A DNA stretch of 64,000 nt from NCBI RefSeq assembly GCF_037042905.1, contig NC_087246.1, forward strand, positions 6,760,001 to 6,824,000. The letters run 5' to 3'. The notes beneath the pieces were generated by a model. The model was not told the DNA's origin. It searched no databases and was given only the letters and a program-made list of their open reading frames with translations. Both the position numbers and the translations under genes were made by a program. The stretch's first letter is position 1; each line of letters begins with the position of its first letter. Positions 52,934 through 64,000 of this stretch are shown piece after piece. This stretch comes from Lytechinus pictus. Lineage: Eukaryota.

Positions 52934-53204
52934 ATCTTAAAATCTTAAAATCCATATTTTAGTGTTCGAAATAGACACCAGAAATGAAATACTCTGAAAA
53001 TTTGTTTTGCCCAATTGATCGTGGGCCCAGCATCCGCTGTGCAGCGCCAGATCGACAAGGCTCTATCCCTTTAATTATTGAACGCCAAAAGGGTAGCAGC
53101 AACTCCCATCTTTTAACGTCTTTTGGTCTGACGCGGCCGGGGTTTGAACCCTAGACCTCCCGGTTGTGAGATGGACGCTCTAACAACTGAGCCAACACAC
53201 CGGT
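52934..53204 (-). mobile_element. tRNA-derived SINE (possibly Meta-SINE-like core)
   Basis: Minus strand: A box TGGCTCAGTTGTT, B box GGTTCAAACCC, then CAGACCAAAAGACGTTAAAAGATGGGAGTTGCTGCT, tail (ATTTTAAG)2. Confidence 0.85.
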
Positions 53205-53242
53205 CATGGCTTAGCTTAATTTGTATCAAGGACCCTGGTACA

Positions 53243-53962
53243 TACCATTGCAATGTTATCATAGGAGGCTATACCTGCTTCTATGAAATTTCCTCGTGCA
53301 CTAAAAGTGTCCCTGAATCTGTACTGAGGCAACATTTACCCATGTTTTTGCAAATACATACTCGCACCTCTTTATTAATAGGCCTGTATCCTACAAAATT
53401 ATTATATCATTGCTTAGCTTAATTTGTATCAAGGACCCTAGTATATTGTATAGGAATGAAAGCCATATGAACTGTGCTTTTCAGCCAATCAAAATCAAGG
53501 GAAGTTGTCAGATGAAAATACTTATGAATGTTCTCCTGATGTGCGTGATTATTGCATGTATGTTTTCGAGGGAGACCACGCACTCACATTTTTCTTGAAG
53601 CATGGGGAAAGAGCCAGTGGCAAGAACATCACTTGCACGTTTGCTCAAGGTGCATTGTACCGTTGCGCATATGTTAAGTGAGTTATATGTTTTTACAACA
53701 TGCTTATAACTTGCAATCTCCGTACCATTGCAATGTTATCATAAGGAGGCTATACTTGCACGTGCTGCTTCTATGAAAGTTCCTCGTGCACTAAAAGTGC
53801 CCCCGAATCTGTACTGAGGCTCTCCAACATTTACCCATGTTTTTGTAAATACATACTTGCACCTCTTTATGAATAGGCCTATATCCTACAAAATTATTCT
53901 ATCATTGATTAGCTTAATTTGTATCAAGGACCCTGGTATATCGTAAAGGAATTAAAGCCATA
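53243..53962. repeat. Local ~230-bp direct duplication (53243-53467 vs 53723-53962)
   Basis: TACCATTGCAATGTTATCATA...AAAGCCATA occurs twice; a 34-bp piece is present three times. Confidence 0.85.
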
Positions 53963-54523
53963 GCAACCTTTATTGATTTTAAATTTTCTAATATCATTGA
54001 AGAAAACTGGCTTTGTGCTCCTTCAGATTCCTACTCTTGAGAATCAAAATATGATAAATATCACCTTAATATGATACATGTGAAACTCAATATACTTTCG
54101 TATTAATGTCCATTTGTACATTTATATTTTGTGAATGTTTTAGTTAACTGGTGCCTAATCTTTGCATGCTGAAATGTACACAATTGCATGTTCTTTGATA
54201 CTGGTCATCGATCACGATTACATTGTGTATGTTAGAAGAGTGCTCCATGTATCTTTATACAGTTTCTCTTTAAAGGTCTTTAATATTTCCCCTTCAATTT
54301 TTCTCAAAATGTACTTGTCATTGTTTGCATGAATTGTATAATTCTACTCTTGTTCTCCTTAAAATGCAAACACATACCTTTCTGTGTCTAGCATACTGAA
54401 ATATTGTATCCGTTCTCCACACAACTTACCTTTTTACATCTGATATTATAAACTTATCAAAATGTGACAAATGGATGGAAGTTTGCTGAAAAGTTTTAGG
54501 AAAACAGGATAAGAAAAGCGATC

Positions 54524-54982
54524 AATACATGCCGTGTTTACACGCTGCATCGGCTTGCAGTTGAGAACCGCGAGCTGAGGCCGAATCGGCTTTTTTTGTT
54601 ACATGTAATGCGAATTACTTGCATCGGCTCTCAGTGCAGAATCGACAATTTTGCACCACCAAAGTAGTAGGTTCAGAACCGCGAGCAGATGCAGAATTGG
54701 CTTTTTTTCTGTGTAAACATAAAGCCGATTCTGCATCGGCAATTGGTGCACATTTCATTTACTTTACCATTATGACGTACTTGTAAGCGCATGGATCCAG
54801 CGTTGTCTTTATTATGACGTATATTGTTGGTGTGCGGATCATTTCAGGTTTTTGACACGCGAGCCGATTCTGCACCTTGAGCTGTGACAGTGTGTAAACG
54901 CGGTGCAGGATAAACTGAAAGCCGATTCTCAATCTGCTTTTGGTTCTGAACCAAAAGCCGATGCACATGTGAACACGGTATT
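54524..54982. mobile_element. Harbinger-like MITE with AGCCGATTCTGC subrepeats
   Basis: CCGTGTTTACAC / GTGAACACGG TIRs. Confidence 0.6.
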
Positions 54983-56120
54983 AATGTTTTAGAGGCAAGG
55001 ATTTGTCTATGAATGCCAGACATGGATGTTCATTTGATGTCAATTCTTTGTTGTGTTGGTGAGTGTGTTCATTGATTAAGCTTTTGTCTTGGTCGTTGTC
55101 TTTTCCACTCTAGTAATCTGGCCAATGAAGTCATGTTGATGGGAGAGTGCTTACATGCAGACAAGGAGTAAATTAGTCTTGGGCAGATGGGACACTCCGA
55201 GAAAATCTGAAAAATACATTGTAAATTCTATCTGAATATTTACTCTGCTTACACATGTAGGTTTCACAGAGAACATTACTTCTGTAACCGACATTTGAAT
55301 CAAATTCTTTTGTTGAAGAATTAACCTTATTTGAGAAAAATTTGATTTAAACATTTGCATTATGTTATTTCATGAATTCAGAATATGTTGTAAAATAAGC
55401 AAATCTTTCTAAATTTAGAAAAATTTTCCTTCTTTTTTTAATAGCAAATAAGGAATTGTTTGTATCAGGGAATATTTTTTTTAAACCAAAGTTGATTAGC
55501 ATTTTTGGTCAGAAGAAAAAATCTGAACTTGGTTCAGTACAGTGTTATGTAAAAAAAATAAGTGCTACACAAGAGACTTTTTTAGTGTAGCAGTCTTTGA
55601 AAGAAATTTGGAGCATATTGCAATGCAATGCCATGAAATTATTACCTTTTACATTACCAATATTTTTTTGATAATTCTTATTTGAATATTTGTAAAACAT
55701 TTACAATTCTGTTTAATTAGATCTAGTTCATAATCTTATTACATACACTCTAGTGTATGAACGTAACACCAGAGTGTATACATGTAAGTTAAATCCAAAG
55801 GTTTTGTAATAACTCCTTTAGGTGTTTAACTAACACCACAAATTTAACACCAGAATGAAGTGACTGCCATGTTGTTCTATGTACACCAATCAACAACACT
55901 GTGTTTACTGTGCAGGAAATATTATATTTCCCTATCAGCTTGACTGTAACCAAGGCAATTGAGACAATTGAAGCTTGTTGACTTATAACATGTACTTGTG
56001 GGATGTTTAAGTGTTTGGTAAACACTAATCATCAATCAAAATAAGGAAAACAATTTGATGCTTAACTTTAGTAATTCAATCTCATAAGAGTTTCACTTGG
56101 AATTGATTAATTTCATTTCT

Positions 56121-56814
56121 GTCTCGCCTGCATCGCAGAAGCGAGATATAGGCGCCATTTTTCCAACGTCGGCGATGACGTTGTCGTCAACATTGAAATC
56201 TTAACCTTTAGAAATGTCATCATAATTACATGTGAAGTACATGTATATGGATCTATTTCATGAAACCTGGTCAATGGTAATAAAGTATCACTGATCATCT
56301 TACATGGGTATCAGGCCACATGATCAAGGTCAAAAGTCATCAAGGGCCAATGAACTTTGACCATGTTGTTGTATCAACATTGAAATTTTAACCTAGATTA
56401 TGTTTTTAAAATTCCACGACTTTGAAAGTCTATATACAGTATCTGCATGCATTTCATGAAACTTAGACATATTATCACTATTAAACTTATATGAGTTTCA
56501 GGTCACATTTTCAAGTCGAAACGTCATTTAAGGTTAGTTACCTTTGACCACATTGTGGTATAAACATTGGAATCTTAACTTTAATGAGACTTTGACATAA
56601 GTATAACTACTTTATTTTTTGTATGAGTTTTGGGTCACATGATCAAGATAAAAGGTCATTTTACATGTATGTCAAAAAACTGAGTATTTAATTTACAACT
56701 TTAATGTTATTGTGAAAATTTAGTCATCTTGGTTATCTTAAAAGTCAGCACTGCAGCTACATGTATATTGAATTTCGTCATGCAGGCGAGACTCCCAGAG
56801 CTGTTCCACTTGTT
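56121..56814 (+). mobile_element. Second HINE (Helentron-type) element with degenerate tandem units
   Basis: Sub-TIRs GTCTCGCCTGCAT / ATGCAGGCGAGAC; repeated GGTCACATGATCAAG(G)TCAAA units. Confidence 0.75.
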
Positions 56815-57670
56815 TGACAAGGATATAACAATTTGAATTGCTCGCCTCACCTGCTAATCAGACCATACTTTGAGAACCTACCCCGAAAGGTTCTGATTCG
56901 GGTTGGTATGAATGCAGAAAATAATTTCAGATATTTTTCAGGCCTCAAGAAGTTCTCAGGATCAATTTGGTCTAAATACCACCAATGCCATTCACAGAGC
57001 ATTTCTAGGTCATCTCCATACAAGTTTATATACAATTCGCATCGCAAGCATGAGCATTCAGTTATAAATATATCATGTTAAGATTGCGGAGAGATTGGCC
57101 CCTCACAGATAGCAGTCCAAGCGAGGGGACAGCCAATTAATACCACCTACTGGGAATTTTGTCATCTAATTGCGACCCTGCCAATGTATGTGTCATTAAA
57201 GTACTAATTAGTTAAATTAGATTGTCAACTAATTGCAAACTGCATTGGGTTAATGTAATCAAGGCCCATCTACTGATTTAGCAACAGTTTAATATTTAGT
57301 AAATTTATTTTGTTATGCATAAGTCTATTTAGTGAATCCTTCGAAGGGCCCTTGATAAATGACAATACTGCTTTTACATTTAGGCCTCTCCTGCTTAAAA
57401 AAACACATATATCTGTACATGAATATCGTAAAATAGTACAAGATGCATGACCAGAATAGCTGGGCACAAGGGTAGCCTGAAATACATGTACCTTGTGTGA
57501 GGGAATAGTTGTGGTCAGATAGAGAATAACTTTCACTTTCATTTTTTTTAATGGAGAATGAGCAGCAAATAGCCAATGAATGCTGTAAGGTGTAGTTGGT
57601 CTTCATCCAGAAGCCCATGTATTTCTATCTAATTGGCTTTATTTGAAGGTAGTGTCGTACTGTCACCTAA

Positions 57671-58058
57671 GGCGGTGCTGCACCAGCTCAATCTCAAGAT
57701 TTTAGCCCGATCGGCCCTCTTCGCGATTAATCTCAAGATTAAAAAAACCCTGTCTCAACCATCGCAAGAAGAGCGATTCATGCTCGAGCGAGGCATTGAT
57801 GCATTATGGTCTGACGCCGTGAATATATAATCCCGAGTGCGTCTGCACCTGCGAATTAGGGGGATAATTTGTAAAATAATGCGCTATTTTGCGAATAATC
57901 CCAAGTTGACTTGGGATTGCAATCTCGAGATTAATCCTGCGAACAAGCACGATAATTGCGTCTCCATTACAAATAATCTTGAGATTGTTCAGATCGGGAT
58001 CATTTGCTGGATCAGAAATAGCACGCTAATTTGAAAACTCGGGCTGGTACAGATGGCC
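57671..58058. mobile_element. Harbinger-like MITE family H2, copy 2
   Basis: Colinear with 27561-27959. Confidence 0.85.
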
Positions 58059-60840
58059 ATTTATTAGGAAGTCTGCAAATAAGACTGTATTGAGGCTTTT
58101 TGGAATTGACAAACTATTACCGCAGGAGGAACCAATAGTCAGAAACAGATGAAACAAGATGGCCTTACTCATGCGACTGGATTATAGCATTATGGGCCGA
58201 TGAATGCACTCAAGAAAATTTATATATATCCTACTCAGTACTCTGGTTGATTGAAGGTTTGAAATATAGTATGTGAAAGAAGTTAGATCTAGATAAAGGA
58301 GTGTATAAGTGGTTGATTTTAGTCTTCTATTGACACTGAATTTCTTATGTACTTTCAGTGGTCACCAGCCAAAAGAAAAAAAAATGTAATGACTTAGTCC
58401 TAATAACTGTGATTGTTAATAATAACCAGGCAAATAGCTTGAGTTGATGTAATTTACAAGGAATTGCAATACGATTATTTACTTCCAATATTTCAGCTGC
58501 CAAACAAACACTGTCTTACCTACAATCTAAAAGAGCTTGGAGTAGATGCTATTCATCTCCATTTTGCTTTATAAACATTAACTTCAAACAAATCCCTCAC
58601 GTCATTCTAAATACTGCATACTGTACACAAGCAGGCCAAACATACACGCATGCATTCATTACCTAGGTTTGTTTCGATGAGGGACACACCACCGCTGCTG
58701 CGGAGAGTGTTGACTCGTTGAGCGCTGTGCCAACCATTTTTTTTTTGGTAGCACTCTGGAGTATTCATAACAGGTATAGGTTCAAGTTTGCTGTCATGAT
58801 TGGAGTGTACTACACATAGCAGGCAATGCTGCTTTCCTACCTCATAGAGGAGGCAGTTGGGTGGTGTTCTGAGAAACAATCTCTGTGATTATCTTGCCCT
58901 ACACTTATGATTTGATAGGTCCTCATATTCTGGGTTGGAGCTGTCATTCTTTTAAGAGTACACTACTCAATATGCCTTTGAATGATAATGCTGATATCAG
59001 CAACATTTAAATACATGTAGTGTTGTTGCCCGTCAGATACCGACACTTATTAACTAAAATAAATTTTTACCTGACCAAGTTGTAATCATGCTTACTTTTT
59101 TTTCTTTAAAAGTAATGAAGAGCTAAATAGTATAAGCTTACACTGTTTCTACAAATTGAATAGTCATTTACTTGTTCTAATGCTCATGATGTTTTAAATA
59201 GACAGAAATGATAAAATTAACCTAAATAAATTTTCAGCTTGTTCATGTTGTATAGTTTTAAAATAATTTTCCTCAATAAACCAATGAAATGAAATATTCT
59301 AATTTTCTCTTAAACAAAGGAAATAAATTTAGTAAAAGGATCACACTGGTGTACTCACTGCACGATGACTGATATCATTTTTGAATAATTTATGATAGTT
59401 TTTCATCATCTTTTTTGTTTTTACCCTTGTAGGCTCTCTTGCCTTCTAAAATTTGTCAATAAAAAGGAAATCCAGTTTTTATGATCGTTTGTGAAAAAAT
59501 TATCCGATTCATATTACTAAACAAATATCACTTAAAAATTTGATTTGAACATAAGTAGATAGCCAAAATTAAATTTCTATGAGTAACTTCACTGTAAACC
59601 ATTGTTCTATAAAAAAAAAAGGTGTTGCGAACTAGGTGTTAACTTTCACAGCACACTAAATAGTCAAATTTGTAAATATATGCCTGTGGAATATGCATTT
59701 GTTCTGTCAACATTGCATTTATAAAAAAGAGTTATCTTTATATGTTTATATGAAAATAACTCAATTACTAAAAAGCCTAGAGAAGATGGAAGCAAATATT
59801 GATATCAGGGCTTTTAAACTTCTTTTGTGACTCTGTTTTTTTTTTTTAGCTTACAGTATGTATGTTTTGTAGCTCTGTATGAGCTCCATGCAACATGAAG
59901 TTCTTTTTGTATCCTTTGTGCTATTTTATCGAATAGGTTTTTACTTTAGTCTTATGTCTCAATGATAAAGGTAATTTGACATCCTTTGATAGTCAGTTTT
60001 TAGAATGCTTCTGATAATTACGACTCTACAGTCACATATAGATATGTTCATTATGGGCTCTCATGTGTATTCCATATTCTAATGCCATACATAAACTTTT
60101 AAGGTGAGTAAAAATTAGTCTTTAAAAGTCGATGAATACAGAGTAAACAACTTACCAAAGTGAATGAGATTCAATACATGCAGGCCTACAAGAACATTCT
60201 AATCCAAAAATTGATATGAAACATTTAACAAGGTCAATCAAAACACAATATCTGACTTTCTTTGTGTGTTTATATAGGACCCCATATATAAAATACTAGG
60301 AAAGTGAAAGAAAATAAAGGGAGATTAGTGATCTAGTATCTTGTCACAAAATTAAGGTATTGACTTGATGAAATGTATATTAAACTCACTGACATGCTTA
60401 TTTGTGCAATAACCTTGTTACTACTCATCAAGGATTTTTCTATCAATATACACTTTCCTATTAAACCTATTGAAGTATCTTATCTCATACAGCCCTGAAG
60501 AGATAAAAGGATGGTAGATAATACCCACTATCATGTCTATAAGTACTTAAAATAACTCCATTTAATATGGTAGTTACATCCCCAAAATATAGTTTGAGTG
60601 CCAATCAAGTGTTGGTACTAAAACCCATTACAAATATATTTAGGCCTGCATGTAGTTTTAATGAGGAAAGATAATATGATATTCAGGAAATAACTGCTGA
60701 TATGCCATCACATTATGTTATACAATGTGAGATAGATTCAATTCAAAATTGAATTACAATCGATATAAAATTCCTGATACTACCTATAGAAAACCCAAGA
60801 TCATTTGTAATTTTAGATTTTAATCTAATACACTTCTTTA

Positions 60841-61626
60841 TAGGGACAGTGATTTTCCCTTTCAAAAAAATTGCCTTTTCCGTTTCAGAAAATCTTAAAT
60901 TCCGTTTCAGCATGTCAGAAAACGGAAATTCCGTTTCCCCATAGACTTTGTGTACAAAAAATTGACAATTCCGTTTACCCATTGAATAGCAATATCACAA
61001 CTTTCGCGCTGGTCAAAATTTTTATCTGCCACTACCAACAACACAAAAGAATCTGTTCTAATCGGATCTATGCGGGTGCATAAAATATTTTTACAAACAC
61101 ATTTAACATGAATACATCCTCACCTTTCACATTATTAGCATTATTTTACAGTCAAATGAAATTTCATCGATAATTTCTTTTTTTGGGGGACATCGTTATC
61201 AGCAGTCAACGACTTTCGCCTATCCGCCATTTTGGATTTTAAGACCTCGATATCCTGCTGTTACATCTTCGAACGTAGAGGGCAGCAACACACGACCGTG
61301 TTGTTCGAACGATGTGTGCATGTGAAGCCCAACCCGGCCGGGCGGCTGGGTATGGGCGTGGGGTACGATTGAGTGTGATGATATCGAGTGCAGTCACGAT
61401 GTGTGAATTGTCATGATTGTAGCGAAGTGAGATTATGTTTTCTGGGGTTTTGTGGCCATTTAATATTTTCGTTGAGATTTTGGAGTAGCTTCTGTTGCTG
61501 TTCTGTGTATTTTGAGTAAAAGTATGTTTTCCGTGATTTTCCGTTTGAAATGCCACTTTCCGTTTTCAAAGGCCCTTTCCGTGAATTCTGTCCATTTTCA
61601 ACGATCGCGGAAAATCACTGTCCCTA
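60841..61626. mobile_element. hAT-like element, TAG...CTA ends, apparent 6-bp TSD
   Basis: Perfect TIR TAGGGACAGTGATTTTCC; TCTTTA on both flanks; TTCCGTTT subterminal repeats. Confidence 0.8.
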
Positions 61627-62449
61627 TCTTTATAGGATGGGACCCATGACATGAAATTTTATGAAGTAGGATTTTTTTTTCTTTACAAAAACATTTGTGA
61701 AATGATTTTAGAAAATGCATAAATATTTCTCTTTTTTTGCTGACATCTACACTAATGAAAAATTCAAACAGATGTGACGCACTGACATTGCATTCATGTC
61801 ATGTCCATAATGCACAAAAAGTTCATTTTCTCTGCAGTTGTTCACTAAAATAAAATTACTGTGTATGTAACTGTATGTATGGGTTGATAACTGTTTTACT
61901 TGTGTATTTTCAAAATGTGGTTCCTAAAAAAATGTCTGAATATCATGTAAATTGCCCACATTTATAAAATAATGTAAATGGATTCTGCTTTTGTGCACAT
62001 ATGTGCAATTTGTATGAGAGAACAGAACTTCCAGCCATTTACTACATTGAAACAGAATCCATAATGTCCTGAAAAATGGAAATAGAAAATCAGTGTTCTT
62101 ATATGGGAGTGAGGTCATAGAGAACGAATGTGTTTTTAACTGTGTTGAGACAAGACTGACTATGAACTACTGAGTGCCTCTAAGGAACCAGGGAGAAGCC
62201 ACTTGGTGGTGAATAATTTATGAGTGATAGGTGTTTGATATGACTTGATGGATGCTACTGAAATTTCTGTTGACATTGCTTGGATGACCCCCCTATGACC
62301 AGTCTCAGAGATTTACTATAGAATGCCTCTTTATTTGTGTAGCTAATATAGAATGAAATGCAGAGTGTATAAAAGAGGGCTCTGCTAGCCTTCCTTCCCC
62401 TGTTCTATGACTACGAATCGTCTTATTATGTCTGTTGTAAATTAGTTAG

Positions 62450-63366
62450 CAGTGAAAAAAATACACGGGGGCGCTGAGCGATATCGCTCCTGTAAGCTTT
62501 GAAATCGTATTGCGCTATGTGCAATACAATGCAATCGCCGTAACGTCAGCTTCATGTACGGCGCCATATTGGCAGTTCGGGACCTGTGCGCGCTGCTGCT
62601 GCGAACCGGCTTTAGCTCGAACGCCATTTATCCTCAGTCCCAAAGTAATTACTGTTGATAAGAACCCTGTCCAATCTTTGCAAAAGTTTCGATGAATTAC
62701 CAGTGGATATTTTTCCGTTATTCGAATATCGATATTCATTTTCATAGTCCTGGAATTGCATTGCTATTTTTATTTTAATCACAATGTCAGTCCTTTTTTG
62801 TTTACCCTCGTTTGTGTAGGCCCACGTGTAGTGAAATAGACACCGCGTGCGCGTGCATGTGTGTAGCTGCATAGGCGAATGCATTTGAGTTGCACATCGC
62901 ATCGGTCACCGGATATTTCTCGGAGTTGGTTCGTGATTTCTGAATTGTTTGCTTGAACAATTCTGTGAAAAAATAATGAACCATGAGTGAAAAACTGTCA
63001 GCTAGACGAACACATAAGTTCAGGTAGGAATATGAGGAACAATTTCCCTTTGAATTGGGACTGTACTATAATTAGTATAGATGTAGACTAGACACTTTTA
63101 ATAGTAAAAGAAATAGTACAGATGGCACATTAAACAAATGGCATTATGGCAATCTTTACTTTTGTTGATTAAAGAAATAGTATGGATGGCAAGTTAAAAC
63201 ACAAAAAACAATACTTCAGATTCAACATGTGTAAAATGATTTTTTTTAATTTTAAAAATGGCTCTAGCAAATTCAAAAATGGCTCTCTGAAATTGAAAAA
63301 CGGCTCTTATAAATTTGTGACCAGTTAGAAAAATGGCTCTTGCAAAAAAAAGTATTTTTCTCCCTG
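62450..63366. mobile_element. hAT non-autonomous element
   Basis: CAGTGAAAAAAATAC / GTATTTTTCTCCCTG; perfect 8-bp TSD TTAGTTAG; AAAA(T/C)GGCTCT x4. Confidence 0.85.
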
Positions 63367-64000
63367 TTAGTTAGGGAATTTCTATTTTATGTGAGTTTGT
63401 AGTAATTTTTCTCATTTTGAATAATTATTCAATGATTTTCATGCCTGCAAATAGTCTGCATAGAGTTGTAAGATTTCCATTTATAATTCACATCAAGAAA
63501 GTTTGAGCAGTTCTTCAGAGAATTTTATTTGAATTGTGTCTTTATGGAAACAAAAATATTGGTTAAGGAGGAAATAGAATATCTTGGATTACATATGCAT
63601 GCCATGCTTTTCATAACCGTGCCAAAACTAGAAATAAGATGTTGTTTTTGTCCTTTTTAAATGTCAGCCCCTTGCTTGAGATGAGGAATTGAAATTCAAT
63701 ATTACTTCAGTGGTTTAAGGTGATTAATTTTCACGTACTGAGTCCAAGGGGAGGAGGGGGGGGGGGGTAATGGTGAGAAAACTGAAAACGAGGGACAAGT
63801 ATGTAATGGTAAATAGATTATGCCTAGGGGCCTGAGGCTGTGATAGTTTAAGTGGTGTGTAGGATCGTGCTGAAATGATGGTAGAGAGCCCCGGTGCGGC
63901 ACTACTCATTTTTATTAAAAAGCTCTCTGATCGATGGTTGTATGTGCTCCGTCATGCCTCTCTATCTGAACACTTGAAACAGGGCTCTTAACACTCGATC

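Larger units (their letters stand above)
1805..64000 (+). other. Putative giant first intron of the AUTS2-like gene (runs past window end)
   Basis: GT donor at 1805; no further AUTS2-like coding exon recognised; remainder is TE-rich and CpG-depleted outside young repeats. A short divergent exon could have been missed. Confidence 0.6.

Noticed and set aside
53130..53204. Functional tRNA gene (Val-like)
   Set aside because: Acceptor stem pairs poorly and the sequence runs straight into a SINE body and tail.

Overview
Eukaryotic, AT-rich animal DNA. The repeat repertoire looks echinoderm, probably sea urchin (inference, not verified). One host coding exon is recognisable: the first coding exon of an AUTS2/FBRSL1 (fibrosin/Tay-bridge family) gene at 1529-1804 (+), in a CpG-rich region and ending at a phase-0 GT donor. 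I found no second exon, so the remaining ~62 kb appears to be one very large first intron. It is packed with non-autonomous DNA transposons (PIF/Harbinger-, Kolobok-, hAT-, AcademH/MULE- and Helentron-like), a decayed RTE LINE interrupted by two MITEs, an L2/CR1 3' end, a tRNA-derived SINE and tandem repeats. The most unusual signal is a dense set of short apparent transposon excision scars: TA-NNNN-TA palindromes (TACATGTA, TAGGCCTA, TACCGGTA, TAGATCTA), some demonstrably inserted into older repeats, and two 7-bp-TSD-flanked CATGGAGCTACTAAC scars resembling P-superfamily footprints. No prokaryotic-type system (CRISPR, operon) is supported. Coordinates were read by eye, and superfamily calls rest on TIR/TSD signatures only.
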